Shown here: positions 28,069 to 43,844 of the stretch, in pieces | How the letters are laid out: each line of letters starts with the position of its first letter | Numbering within the stretch: position 1 is the first letter of the stretch | Assembly: GCA_951406725.2 (NCBI GenBank) | Contig: OX597821.1 | Span: 94,302,001 to 94,366,000, forward strand | Source of the DNA: Octopus vulgaris | Lineage: Eukaryota | Direction of reading: 5' to 3' | DNA: 64,000 nt | Position numbers and translations under genes: made by a program | Notes under the pieces: generated by a model | The model's database searches: none | Seen by the model: the letters and a program-made list of their open reading frames with translations, nothing else | Told to the model about the DNA's origin: nothing

Positions 28069-28840
28069 TCTGTACAGTTTCTGTATACCAGTTTCAGCCC
28101 GCAGTTTATTGATTAAGAGAAAGCTACAATCTGATCGAACCTATAATCAAGCGTTTTAGTAAATTGTTCACCACAAAACTGCGCCCAAACCTAAATTTAA
28201 TTATTTATTTAATTTTTTAAAATTATTTTTTATTCTTGCAATTTTCCCCACTCCGATCTAGAGGATTAAATTTCATCTCTTGAAAGAACCCGAAAGTTGT
28301 AAATGTTTGTAAATCTCTAGGAAACCTTGCTTTCAAAAAGGTTTTGTTATTTACCATAGCATCAGTTTACATGCCATGGACCCGAAGGGACCCATGGCCC
28401 TGGAGCATGGTGTTAGTCAATCACAGGCTGTATCCTCTCTCTAAAGACCCCAAGGTATGCCGGAATGGATGTTTTAAGGAAAAACAAGCCCAAAATACGC
28501 AGTGGATTTCATTACACTAACCGCAACCTGGTAGGTATTTCAACACTTGTATTTAATCCGTCAAGCCATTTTTTGCCAGTATTATGTAGCTGGGTGGTCT
28601 GGGTAAAAAAATTATTCATGTCACAGTTGTTAAAGTCATTTGCAATATTGCAAAAAAACTATTCTGGAACCGGAAAGAGAATCACGATCAAACGATTGAA
28701 AAGAACAGGAAATCCAATTAAAGGGCCGGGGAAATGTAATTAAAAGGATTGGTGGACCGTTATAAGCAACATGATAATCTATTTCCACTGACCTTTTGCC
28801 CTTGACCTTTGATAATGGCTGATTATGTGTGATATCTCAA

Positions 28841-28894
<54 letters not shown>

Positions 28895-29037
28895 CATTTG
28901 TCGTCTTCCTATCATATCTAATGTAGCCCGACCAACGTGTCTTGTATGTTGTCCTTGTAGTACCCCTACCATGCCCTTGTGCTAACAAAAGAAAGCATAG
29001 CTATTATTGTTACTATAGATTATTGTTATTGTTATTG

Positions 29038-29093
<56 letters not shown>

Positions 29094-29796
29094 GTTATTT
29101 TGCTTAACGGCGTTTACGTCATTAGGTTAGAAGTTAATTATAAAAGGGAGCGCCAATTACTATATAATAGGCGTCCCTCTGTGTTCCTTAACATATAAAA
29201 CATATTAGGTGCTTAGGCGGTCTTTGGGTATTAGCATATGAACGTGAAATCAATTCTTTTGTCGCAGGTTACGCTCGAGATTAGAATGTATTCTGTCACA
29301 GAGACATTCATCATTCTAACCCTAGTAAGCTAATTTCAGGGCCACCCACAAAACTGGCATTTGTTAAAGCACAGCATAAGCGCACCCTGGCTGTATGGTT
29401 AAGAATTTCGCTTCACATGACTCGGGTTTGACTCTGTGCTGATATCTTGGTCTAGTATCCACTAACAGAGTATCTGGCAGAACAATGCACTGTGAATGAA
29501 ATATGGTCAACGAGATCTCTGGAAAAGCCCATCAGAGGGAGCCTATCGTTTTTGAGTGGTTGAATAAATCCCTTATTCGATTCAACAATACCGCCTGACC
29601 CTTGAGTGCCTTTATAGAAATCCCTCTATTGAAAGCGTTTGAACTCGGTTTCCAATATTGGGATCGGGTCTTTCCTTCCCTTTACTTGTGCCAGGGGCCC
29701 TGAAAACGTCATAAGTAGAGCCCTTTCTCCTCTAAGACAAAAAGAGGGCGTTCATTATTTTAATCTATTTCATTTTCTTGAGCAATAAGCTGCAGC

Positions 29797-29865
<69 letters not shown>

Positions 29866-29867
29866 AA

Positions 29868-30085
29868 AGGCGGCGAGCTGGGAGATTCGTCAGCACGCCG
29901 GGAAAAATGCTTATCAGCATTTGGTCTGCCTTTACAATATGAGTTCAAATTCTACCGAGGTCGATTTTGCCTTTCATCCTTTCGGGGTAGATGAATCAAG
30001 TACCAGTAAAACAATGAGGTCTATGTAATCGATTTGTCCCCTCTCAACAAATGTGAGGCCTTGTGCCACCAGTAGAAAGGATTAT
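29868..30085 (+). mobile_element. SINE family B between (ATT)n tracts
   Basis: GGCGGCGAGCTGG head, GAGTTCAAATTC B box, central core, tail running into ATTATT. Confidence 0.85.
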
Positions 30086-30086
30086 T

Positions 30087-30790
<704 letters not shown>

Positions 30791-30795
30791 CAATC

Positions 30796-30826
<31 letters not shown>

Positions 30827-30829
30827 AAT

Positions 30830-31230
30830 GGTGGCGAGCTGGCAGAATTGTTAGCACGCCGGGCGAAATGCTTAGCGGTATTTTGTCTGCCGCTACGTTC
30901 TGAGTTCAAATTCCGCCGAGGTCGACTTTGCCTTTCATCCTTTCGGGGTTGATAAATTAAGTACCAGTCATGTACTGGGGTCGATGTGATTAATTTACCC
31001 CGTCCCCACAAATTTCAGGTCTTGTGCTTATAGCAGAAAGGATTGTTAATATTATTAAGGTGGTAAGCTGGCGCTAAGAATAGGTACGATCCCAGGCAAA
31101 ATGTTAAGCAGCATTTTTTCCGGTTTTACGCTCTGAGTTCAAATTGCACCGAGGATGACTTTACCTTTCATTCTTTTGAGGTTGATAAAATAAGTACCAG
31201 TCGAACACTGAGTCAATGTAACCGAGTAGC
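30830..31230 (+). mobile_element. Two tandem SINE family B copies
   Basis: Well-preserved copy at 30830-31045 and a diverged copy at 31057-31230. Confidence 0.85.
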
Positions 31231-31274
31231 ATTTGTTCTCCTACTGTCGCTTTACAATCAATGTTGATGAGTTT

Positions 31275-31566
31275 TGCTAGCGGTTTGGCAAAAGAGACTG
31301 ATAGAATAAGCACTAGGCTTACAAAGAATAAACCTTGGAGTCGATTTGTTCGACTAAAGGCGGTGCTCCAGCATGGCCGCAGTCAAATGACTGAAACAAG
31401 TAGAAGAATAAAAGAATATGTAGCTTGCTAACCAACCACATGGTTCCGGGTTCAGTCCCACTGCGTGGCATCTTGGGCAAGTGTCTTCTACTATAGCCCC
31501 GGGCCGACCAATGCCTTGTGAGTGGATTTGGTAGACGGAAACTGAAAGAAGCCTGTCGTATATATG

Positions 31567-31599
<33 letters not shown>

Positions 31600-31817
31600 G
31601 TGCTTGTGTATCTGTGTTTGTCCCCCTAGCATTACTTGACAACCGATGCTGGTGTGTTTACGTCCCCGTAACTTAGCGGTTCGGCAAAAGGAGACCGATA
31701 GAATAAGTACTGGGCTTACAAAGAATAAGTCCCGGGGTCGATTTGCTCGACTAAAGGCGGTGCTCCAGCATGGCCGCAGTCAAATGACTGAAACAATTAA
31801 CAGAGAGTAAAAGAGAG

Positions 31818-31820
<3 letters not shown>
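31275..31820 (+). mobile_element. SINE family A: tail fragment followed by a nearly full copy
   Basis: Tail CGACTAAAGGCGGTGCTCCAGCATGGCCGCAGTCAAATGACTGAAACAA occurs at about 31351 and 31748; head starts at about 31421. Confidence 0.88.
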
Positions 31821-31849
<29 letters not shown>

Positions 31850-32154
31850 CACCAAACACATATATATGTATATATACTGTGATAACTACAACTACACTCC
31901 TTACTTTCTTGGAAATGTACACATAATCATCATCATCATCATCATCATCGTCGTCGTCTTCGTCGTCATCATTATAATCATTATCCTCACAAATATAATC
32001 TCTTATATGCACCTTAATTCTATTTTCTTGAAGTAAACACTTATAATGAAACACGGATGTCATAGTATTGATATGTTCGTTTACAGTTATAGTATTGTGC
32101 TTCTAACATCGAGGTTATAAATGGTGAGTAGAAAATAGGAAGTTGTAATTTTTA

Positions 32155-32577
32155 TACTCTCTTTACTCTTTTACTCTTTTACTTGTTTCAGTCATTTGAC
32201 TGCGGCCATGCTGGAGCACCGACTTTAGTCGAGCAAATCGACCCCGGGACTTATTCTTTTTGTAAGCCCAGTACTTATTCTATCGATCTCTTTTGCCGAA
32301 CCGCTATGTGACGGGGACGTAAATACACCAGCATCGGTTGTCAAGCAATGCTAGGGGGACAAACACACACACACAAACACACGCACACATACATATATAT
32401 ATATATACATATATACGACAGGCTTCTTTCAGTTTCCGTCTACCAAATCCACTCACAAGACATTGGTCGGCCCGGGGCTATAGCAGAAAACACTTGCCCA
32501 AGATGTCACACAGTGGGATTGAACCCAGAACCATGTGGTTGGTTAGCAAGCTACTTACCACACAGCCACTCCTGCGC
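32155..32577 (-). mobile_element. Full-length SINE family A
   Basis: Near-identical to 19517-19902. Confidence 0.9.
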
Positions 32578-32617
32578 TATATATATATATACACTCACAC
32601 ATACACACATATATATT

Positions 32618-33310
<693 letters not shown>

Positions 33311-34355
33311 TATAAAAGACGAAACACAAAACTTTTATATACTAAGGAAATTTGGGCGAGCTTTTGACATTTTGACATCGTAGTAGAAGTAAAAATTGGC
33401 AAGAAGCTAAAATCAAAACTTCATTGCAGACTCGTTTAAGGGGGTAGGGACAAGAATAAGGATCGGTGAGTTTACTGCATGGTTTACGCTACATGTCTGT
33501 CAACCATAGTATTTCTACAGTGTGACTATTGGTCTGGGCTTGGTTGTGTCGTCAATGCATCGCCCGGCCTAGGAATCGAAACCACAATCTTACGATCATG
33601 AGTATAACATCTTAACCGCTAAGCCACGCACCTCCACTGATCAAAACACATACCTTACGCAATTCAGAAGACAGCGTTAATCCTTTTTAAAAATGTTCCC
33701 GGCAACATACAGCTGAATCAGAAATCGAGAAGTAAAAATTAACATTGTGCTTTTGTCCCTCGAACACAGCAGCTTTTTTCCGTCAGGTCACTAACAAGTG
33801 AGCAGCAGATTAGCAGAATAGTTAGACCACCTGATAAAATTCTTTGCAGTGTTCAGTTACGGCCGTTTATGTTTTGAGTTCAAACCAAGCCGAAGTGGAA
33901 TTTGCTTTCATCATTCCGGAGTCCTGGGTAAGACATCCTGTGGTGAAGCACCAGTTTCGGGAGTTCTGGAGTTGTGGGGAACAAGGAGTCACCCCTTAAT
34001 TACCATTACTTATAGAGCCGTGCCGACCCCGAACAGTAGTACCTATCAGGGTCCTATCTATGGGTTAAATAGATTTTTGTAAGGATAGATTGGGCTCCTT
34101 AGCTGCAGTGAAAGCAATCAATCCAGGAGAAGAAAACCTTCAACATACCGTAAGCCAGCACGAAGAGTACGGCTGATAAATCTAACATGAGGTGTGTCAA
34201 TAACAAAGATACCTATTAAGGAGGCAACTATCTCATGTTAGGGAGTGTTCTGCCTCAGGTGGAGAGATAGTGGAAAATGATTCTGGAATCGAAAAATTAG
34301 ATCATCAGTCTGTCAAGTACTGAAGTTGATTTATACATCTATAATGCTTGCTAGT

Positions 34356-34690
34356 GAAGGTGCATGGCTCAGTGGTTAGAGCGCCGGGTTCACAATCATG
34401 AGGTAGTGAGTTCGATTCCTGGACCGGGCTGTATGTTGTGTTCTTGAGCAAGTCACTTTATTTCACGTTGCTCCAGTTCAGCTCAGCTGTAGAAATGAGT
34501 TGCGACATCACTAGTGCCAAACTGTATCGGCCTTTGCCTTTTCTTTGAATAACATCGGTGGCGTGGAGAGAGGAAGCTGGTATGTATGGTCGACTGCTGG
34601 TCTTCCATAAAGAAACCTTGCCCGGACTTGTGCCTCGGAGGGGAACTTTCTAGGTGCAGTCTCATGATTATTCATGACCAGAGACAGGTC
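34356..34690 (+). mobile_element. tRNA-headed CORE-like SINE (family D)
   Basis: TGGCTCAGTGG A box, GAGTTCGATTCC B box, GTGTTCTTGAGCAAGTCACTT CORE-like segment; inverted relative at 35920-36228. Confidence 0.85.
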
Positions 34691-35224
34691 TTTAATTAAT
34701 ACTAGATGTGATTGGAATTACAATAGAAGAAATCTCAGTCTAGATACCAGTCATTGCTGAAAGGCATTATAAGTAAACAAAGAAAAATTTTGAGCTGGAA
34801 TGAAAACGGGGAACGGAGATTTATCTTTCAACATTCTGCTTTTTCTCTTTACCCTCGCGAGGGAGAAAATAGAGAAACATAACCACAAGTTATTTGTCTG
34901 AAATCATGTGCATAGCTTAAAAATCTAAAGACGTTTGTTTAACCGATAACAGCTGGGGCCCAGCTGGGGCAGAGGTGGTAGGCGGTTCATATCTTAGAGT
35001 TGTTTCGACATTAGGAATAACTATTCCGAACACAGAAGACCAAAGAGGAAAGCATTTTAAAATAGATCCCTCCAATGCAAGGCAAAATAGGCATGTGTCT
35101 GATTAGATGCAGATGTTGGAAGCATTTCACTTTTACGCACGCACGCGTACATATATACATGTATATACATACATACTTGCACACATATATTATATGTGCG
35201 TGTGTGCGTGTATATGTATGTACG

Positions 35225-35294
<70 letters not shown>

Positions 35295-35919
35295 AAGATA
35301 GAGACCAACAGACAGAGAAATCAAGAGAAACAGAGAGAGGGAATGAGAGAGAGTGAGCTAGATATGTTTATATGTATCTACATGTGTATAGTTGTATGTA
35401 CGTACACACACGCTCATACACATACAAATCTTAATACTCCGTTTGTGTTTGTCAGTATCTATTGTTCTTGCTATTGTTATTGTTGTTGTTATTGTTCTTT
35501 TGCATCAAAATGTATTCATTTATCCAGGCGTTACGAAAAGTATGTGCGTACGTATGGTTTAAAGCCGCACATATTTATTAGCGTCTATACATCGTACATA
35601 TATGTTACTGTGCGAGTCATATGTATGAAAACATAGGACTGTTTATCAAAGCACAATGAATAAATATATAAGCCTGCATGCTAGCTGTTTCTTCTAACGT
35701 ATAAACCTACATATGATGCATTTGCACACACACACACACACACAAACACTCGCATTTCTGTTTTTATCTCACAGCCATAAACACTCACACACTGGTATGT
35801 GTAAACGGATGTTTGGATAGATATAAATATTTCTCAACTATAAAGAGAATATATTTTAAAGTAAAGAGAATATATTTTACAACACACAATCAAATTGAAC
35901 AAAGCGTGGAATTACATCA

Positions 35920-36560
35920 TCGGAGACCCGCTTCGGTCACCTATGACCATGTGATTACACCTAGAAAGTTACCCTCCGAGGAACAAGTCCGGGCAAGGTT
36001 GTTTATGGAAGACCAGTAGTCGCCCATGCATAGCAGCCTCCCCTCTCCACGCCACCAGTGTTATCCAAGGGAAGACGTCGCAACTCATTTCTATAGCTGA
36101 GTCAACTGGAGCAACGTGAAATAAAGTATCTTGCTCAAGAACACAACACGCAGCCCGGTCCGGGATTCGAACTCACAACCTGACGATCGTGAGTTCGACA
36201 CTCTAACTACTGAGCCATGCACCTTCACAATTACATCATATATAGAGCTAAAATATAATATAATGCAATATATGATATGATGGATTCTCCCGTCGTAGAC
36301 GACGTATGAGCGTTCAGCACAATGTTTTGTTTATAGTGGTCGAAAAATGTGTGCTCTACATTAGCTCACTCCTTCCATCAAATAGACGTAGCTTGAACAG
36401 GTGCACAGTGTCCCACACGTCACGTGTCAAAGTGATCGCAGAGCAACACAAGATCAAATATTTTGCTCAAGAAAACAACGCACCACCCGGTCTAGAAACA
36501 GAAATCACAATCGCTGGATCGTGGGTGCAACACCTTAACCACTAGGCCATGCGCCCTCAC
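35920..36560 (-). mobile_element. SINE family D copy plus an adjacent older related copy
   Basis: 35920-36228 is the reverse complement of the 34356 element; 36290-36560 shares the head and CORE-like segment. Confidence 0.8.
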
Positions 36561-38052
36561 AACATATAATATACTACGATGCAATAATATAATGGGAAAG
36601 CGAGTGAACTAATGGTTAAAAATCCAAGAGAACTGGGAATCTTTAGAGTCCGTCTGATGTGAAATTTTCCAAATAGTTTCCATTGAAGGATCATCGTATG
36701 GTCGTGGTTTCGATTCCCGGACCGGACAGTGTGTTATATTCTTAAGCAAAACGCTTCATTTGGCGTTCTCCAGTCCACACAGCTGTAAATATGATTGCGA
36801 CGGACTGCGGCGTCCCGTTCGAGAGAGTTATTGGTTTGTGTATTTAGCCAGTGTTAGGGATGATACCATTTGAAAGCTATAAGAATGCGAGTAAGCGCAC
36901 TGTGACCAGCGGTGTAAAACAATATTCTGTAGTAGATCTAGCATGCATGAAGTGGATTCGATCCACCATAGCCAAATTTAAATTAACACTGCAACAGAAC
37001 TTTTCTCACGGTGGAACAATGTTTAATCTCTGACAGCAGTTATACATTTACCAGATACCTTGAGCTAGGCCGAAATAATGTCTTTACCACTTGACCCTTT
37101 CTAACCTCTTCTACTTCACCAGAAGCTAGAATAGGGATAACAAGACCACCAATTAAATCTATTGTTCTCAATGATATATCAATCCTTCTGGATAGTTATA
37201 AAAGCAAAAACACCCCAAGCAAAAATCTGTCGGTGACGACTCAACGAGTTCAGTCATATAGTGACGACTCAGTGACAACGAAATCTGGCTGACCAGCTAG
37301 AACCTTGATCAGAGGGAGAAATGAAGTTTACTGTCAGCAACTGTGATACAACGTCCCACACCCTACAACACTCACTAGCTCTAATTCTGTTCTCTTACAA
37401 CATCATTCTATCTCTCTGTAATTACCACTAAACAATGAAGGGGACACAAACACAAACTTTACTTCGCATGCTTTTGGATTTATCATAACCTTCATGCATT
37501 GTCCATCTTTCACATCCTACAGTATGCAATTATAACAAACAAATTTTTATCGTTACAACTGCTAACTCCGACCTTTCATAATATTGTGTACCTAATCAAT
37601 TTTACCCGTTACAATTGATAACTACACTAATATAAACCTAACCGTTACAATTGGTGACCCTCGACTTCAACTAAAAACTTTATCGTCACAATCCGATAGT
37701 CTGGTCGATACAGTGATATAGTGAATATATTATAATGTAATGCAAACGGAATGCCACGCCAAAATAAATTCGGCATGCATGCATCCATCCATATACAAGT
37801 GCTGAATTCAACACACACGTAGACACAAGCACACATTCATACTCACATATACACGCATACATCCTTACATTCACATACACACACACATACATACATACAT
37901 ACATACATACATACATACATACATACATACATACATACATACATACATACATACATAATACCTATATGGTCATACACACATACATGAGTGTACATGTGCC
38001 TATAAAAACAGAGACGCATTCAGGCAGCCAGAGTGAGAGAGAGAGGGGGGAC

Positions 38053-38107
<55 letters not shown>

Positions 38108-38278
38108 AAGAAAGAGAGAGAGAGAAGAGAGAAAGAAAGAAAGAGAGAGAGAGAGAAAGAGAGAGAGAGAAAGAAAGAAAGAGAGAAAGAGAGAGAAAGA
38201 AAGAGAGAGAGAGAAAAGAAAGAGAGAGAGAGAGAAAGAGAGAGAAAGAAAGAAAGAGAAAGAGAGAGAAAGAGAGAA

Positions 38279-38324
<46 letters not shown>

Positions 38325-38513
38325 GATACGCTGTTAAAAACGAACAGAAGAAAATATCACAGGTTGTAGAGTATAAAGTACTGACGATAAACAACGCCGC
38401 AAATCAGTCTCCTAATCCTATTACGTTTCTTTCAGCTGGCAATTAATCTAAAATAAATAGATCACTAACGAGAAGAAATATAACCTTTGTTAAAGTAGAT
38501 AATTCTCGTCGTC

Positions 38514-38904
38514 GTGGAGGCGCAATGGCCCAGTGGTTAGGGCAGCGGACTCGCGGTCGGAGGATCGCGGTTTCGATTCCCAGACCGGGCATTGTGAGAG
38601 CTTATTGAGCGAAAACACCTAAAGCTCCACGAGGCTCCGGCAGGGGATGGTGGTGATCCCTGCTGTACTCTTTCACCACAACTTTCTCTCGCTCTTTCTT
38701 CCTGTTTCTCTTGTACCTGTATTTCAAAGGGCCGGCCTTGTCACAATCTGTGTCACGCTGAATATCCTCGAGAACTACGTTAAGGATACACGTGTCTGTG
38801 GAGTGCTCAGCCACTTGCACGTTAATATCACGAGCAAGCTGTTCCGTTGATCGTATCAGCTGGGACCCTCATCGTCGCAACCGACGGAGTGCTCCTACTA
38901 ATAC
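38514..38904 (+). mobile_element. Full-length SINE family C
   Basis: 13-bp TSD TAATTCTCGTCGT (38500-38512 and 38905-38917); matches 9905-10287. Confidence 0.92.
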
Positions 38905-39154
38905 TAATTCTCGTCGTATCTTACAGTTGTGGAAAAGCATACATGGCATGGCAACTGTGAGTAACAGTACGGATTGCTTTAACTTCACGGATTTAATGCT
39001 TCTCTAACATGTACTGAGAAAAAATTTATTTGTACAACTGCTTATTTTAACAACGATACAAACATACACCTGTAAACACAAACACATACATAGACATACA
39101 CATGTATATACACATACACATATACACACTGATTCATTTTAGTCATCGTCTTTA

Positions 39155-39355
39155 AGGCGACGAGCTGACAAAATCTTTAGCACGCCGGAACAAAGCGCTG
39201 CGTGGTGTTTCGTTCGTCATTACGTTCAGATGTCGTCTTTGACTTTCATCCTTTCGGGGTCGATAAAATAAGTACCAGGTTAGCTCTGGGATCGATGTAA
39301 TCGACTTTCCCTCTCCCCTACAATTGGTGGCCTTGTGCCAAAATTGGAAACCATT
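39155..39355 (+). mobile_element. SINE family B, diverged copy
   Basis: Head and TTTCATCCTTTCGGGGTCGATAAAATAAGTACC core. Confidence 0.8.
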
Positions 39356-39443
39356 TTAGTCAGCATCCAGTGTCATATATCTGTGCGATATAACCATACT
39401 TGTACAAATACAAATTAGGCAGGTAAGGGAAGAACTCAGTTCG

Positions 39444-39555
<112 letters not shown>

Positions 39556-39781
39556 TATGTAAGTATTTGGACTTTTGGTATTACTATTGCGATTAAAGCC
39601 CATTCACTATTTGGGCTACCTGATGTCATCCAGAGTTACTATAAAATTTTCATTGAATATCTATCTATCTATCTATCTATCTATACACGAACGCACACAC
39701 GCACATGTATATATAGGAAGGAGAGTGTGAAGATGGTCGGTATGTGTACACATACACAACACACACACAACGCACACACAC

Positions 39782-39823
<42 letters not shown>

Positions 39824-39949
39824 GCACACACATAATAACCTAGATGGGTTGAGATTCACTACATCTGTTTCAGACGTGTTTCTTATTGATGAACAAAGCA
39901 ATTACATCATGTAAAAAAGAAAACGTTTTCTTCAGATGAATTAAGAGAA

Positions 39950-41230
39950 AAACTTCTCTTGTTCTGTTTGGCATCCTGGATCGCTTTCCAAATCAAAAAA
40001 CAGTGTTCAATGCATCCAGGAATCCAGGAATTCCGGCCTTTTGAACAGATTCATCAACATTTCCATTACTCTGTAAATATATCACTGTTCTCCTCGAGAG
40101 AATTCCCATAAAGATCTTGCCTTCCACATTCAATAAGGATATCGGCCTAAACTGCTTTATAGTCTCTGCATTGGCCTCCTTCGGCTTACACCTACCTTCA
40201 ACTAGAGTCTCTTCGCGCCACATTTGTTGGAGTAAGACAAAGAACTTCTCTCGCAGACGATTGCAATATTTGTATACTTTATACGAGATGCCACCACCTC
40301 CTGGGGCACTCTTTGCTCTAGCTTTTCTCGCGAAATCATTCACCTCTTTCTCCCTGATGACCCTAATTTGAAATTCGATATCAGGTACTAAGAGATGCTT
40401 TGGCCCATGTAGAGGTGGCAGTGGCTGGTTACGATGCGGATCGCTGTAGGTTTCTTTGATATGTGCATCCAATTATTCTTTCGTGCACGATAAAGTGCCA
40501 CTCTTCGGTTCAGTGGGCAGCTGCTTATCAAACCCGTACTGGTCCTTCAGAAACTGACCCCGAGTCATTTTACTTTCCTTTCGTCGCTCCTATCGGCGGA
40601 TATCTCGTTACACATAACGGCATTTCCTTTTCAAATCGTCGTACAGCAGCGCGAAGTCAGGTTTTTCGTCTTTCGCAGCACATTTCCATCGCTTTCTTAG
40701 GTTGGTCTTTTCCTTCCTCAACTGTTTCATTTTTCTGATCCTTCTGCCTAGTCCACACTTTCCTTTCACTAATCGGATACTATCTTTCACTCCAATTAAT
40801 TCTTTTCCTGTATAGTATACTGAGTTTGTTAACTTTTCAAGTTTCTCCAGTGTAGAACATGTCATTACATAAAAAGCTCGGGATCTTTTCACTTTGACCG
40901 ACAGATTTTAAAAATAATTTCCATGTAACTAAAACACTTTTACACTTCGTATACTGGTAGTGTGTTTTGGCTTTCTTGAGAAAATTCTGTAGTTTGTAAG
41001 CTATTTGTTGTTTAATTTTGTCGGCAATTTCAACCAATCAATGACATCTATTGAGGTGAATTCAATATCTGCCGTATTTTGCGGTGACAAAGTGAAAAGA
41101 TCAAAGTGAATCTGCCGGTCAAAGTGAAAAGATCCAAAGCTCGACATATCTTGTTTTCAGGCCACAGAACCCTCGGTTTCCTCCGAGAACTATCGGATGC
41201 TCCAGTTTCATGACCTGCAGTTTCCTGCCG
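39950..41230 (-). mobile_element. Degenerate HERO-type (R2 group) non-LTR retrotransposon: N-terminal region and start of RT
   Basis: KARAKSAPGGGGISYKVYKYC, FRPISLLNVEGKIF and DESVQKAGIPGF, with upstream RKPRVLWP and RRIRKMKQLRKEK; frameshifted and interrupted by a MITE. Confidence 0.85.
40881..41135. mobile_element. 255-bp MITE with GG...CC ends and 8-bp TSD (Merlin- or MULE-like)
   Basis: TIRs GGATCTTTTCACTTTGACCGACAGATT / AATCTGCCGGTCAAAGTGAAAAGATCC; TSD AAAGCTCG at 40873-40880 and 41136-41143. Confidence 0.88.
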
Positions 41231-41267
41231 GGAATGCTGCAGCGTTTATCGATCCGCTGTGGTTAGC

Positions 41268-41299
<32 letters not shown>

Positions 41300-41750
41300 A
41301 TGTATGTATGTATGTATGTATGTATGTATGTATGTATGTATGTATGTATTGTGTATGTGTGGGGCTGTATGTGTGTGTGTGTGTTTGAATCACGTGTTTT
41401 CGATGTTGGTGTGTCTCGTGCCTTTTGAGTAGAGTTTAGTTAACGGAAACGGGGCTGAAACCTTGTTTTTGTTCCTGCTCCCCACCCCCACCCTCAACAC
41501 ACGAAAAGAGATGTAATATACATAGATATATACACATACATATGCATTTGTCATTGGTGTTTACTTATAGGGATACAAATATGTGTATCTGTCCGTGTGT
41601 CTGTGTATGTGTGTGTGCATGTGTGTGTATATATGTGTGCGTGTGTGTGTGTGTTCACTCCATATACAGTTACAAAACACATTTGCATATATTCACAGCG
41701 TATTTTACAACATTCATTTACGTCTGTGTCTGTGTGTAATATAATGTGTA

Positions 41751-41782
<32 letters not shown>

Positions 41783-41894
41783 CATATATGTATATATATA
41801 TATGAATAGGTTTATGTATACATATATGTATATATACAAATATACATTCATACACACACATAAAAGTTTATATATATATATATGTGTGTGTGTA

Positions 41895-42005
<111 letters not shown>

Positions 42006-42580
42006 GTGCGTGTGTATGTGTGTATATGTGTATACACTCACACACACAAACACACATACATAATGTGTTAAGTGTGCTTTCATCAGTATACGTGAAAGTT
42101 GTCTTCTGAGCGGCATTTCCTCAGCAAACATTACAATTTGGCTATCGTGCCGAATTTGCAGCCATTAGGGAGTAGGATGACGTCAACTCGTGTCAAAGGT
42201 CGAGGCTAGACTACATGCCAAAATGTATCGTACAAGTTAGTGCCTTTCACTGTTGTCCAATCGGAACAACATTTAGTTTATTAGTTGAATTAATAAGTTA
42301 GTTACATGAGTTAGATCTGTGCTAATTAAATCTGTCCACAAGGCTATTTATATTAGAGGTCTGTGTGTGTAAATGTGTGTGTGTGAGATGAGTGTACGCG
42401 CGTGTGCGCGTGTATATATGTATGTGTAAGAGTCCGCCCACACACAATATATATACATTCATATATCTGCGTATACGTACATACACATACGTAATTATAT
42501 ATATTATGTATATATATCTATATGTGTATATATGTGTATTTATGTATATGGATGTGTGTGCATACATATATGTATTTATG

Positions 42581-42661
<81 letters not shown>

Positions 42662-43494
42662 ATATCAGATGCGACTCCAGGTCATCAGCGTCACTCGGGC
42701 TCATAACAGATTTCGTCACTCGGACTCATCACAGATTCCGGATAAGACACATGTCTGCTCGAAGAATTTCACGTTTTACCGCTTTATTTTTAGCCCCTAA
42801 TGTCTTATTTTTTTTTTTATATATGCCTTTCTCCATTTCTAAGTTAGGGGTAAAAATAAAGCAACCTTGCAAAACACATCAGATTTTTTACACACCGACG
42901 CACAGAATAACAGCAATCAAATAACGACAGCAGAATTCACAACAAACATCAGCGATCTGACTGTCGCCTGTACTCTTCACAAGAGATGCCAGTTAGTCTT
43001 TTACACCTACCAGGCTAGTTTGGAGTAGCCCGAATTGCTGGATAAGTTTTTGTTCCTTTAAGAATATTGTAGAACGGAAACTTTTCATAGATTGGAATTT
43101 ATATCCTAATCTCTATACAGATTTATTGTTTCAAGAAAACATTGAATTAGAATTACTTATAACTTTTACTATTATAGGTAACAACTCGGTCCTGTAACTT
43201 CTGAGCCCGAGTCAGACGCGTGTGAATGATGTCGAGGGAACGTCCGTTACGAATGATATTTTTTGACACAGGGAACCTCTAAGACGCCCGCCAGACGCTG
43301 AACGAAAATTAATGAACTGCGACTAGGCTCAATAAAAGGAGCCCGAATTATTACATACTTGAAGTCAAAGTTGGCAGAAATTAAATCAGCTTGCAAATAC
43401 ACGTTCTCTTTATTAAATTTATACTCTGGTTAAGCCCAAACTGCCCGAGTGTCGGAGTCGCCACTGATCTCTCTCTCTCTCTCTTTCTCTCTGT

Positions 43495-43660
43495 ATATAT
43501 AGAAGAGCAGTTAAAAAAACCAAACTCCTTACGTGTCGAATGGCCGTTGTTTTTAAATAAAACAAGGGTACGAAAACGATGTAAGGCGAGCGAGATAAAT
43601 GAAGTCTATCTTAAAGTCAGTGCGGTTAATACAAAACTAGTTTCACGTTCGATTTACAAA

Positions 43661-43752
<92 letters not shown>

Positions 43753-43789
43753 AAGATTATATATATATATATATATATACATATAAAAG

Positions 43790-43844
<55 letters not shown>

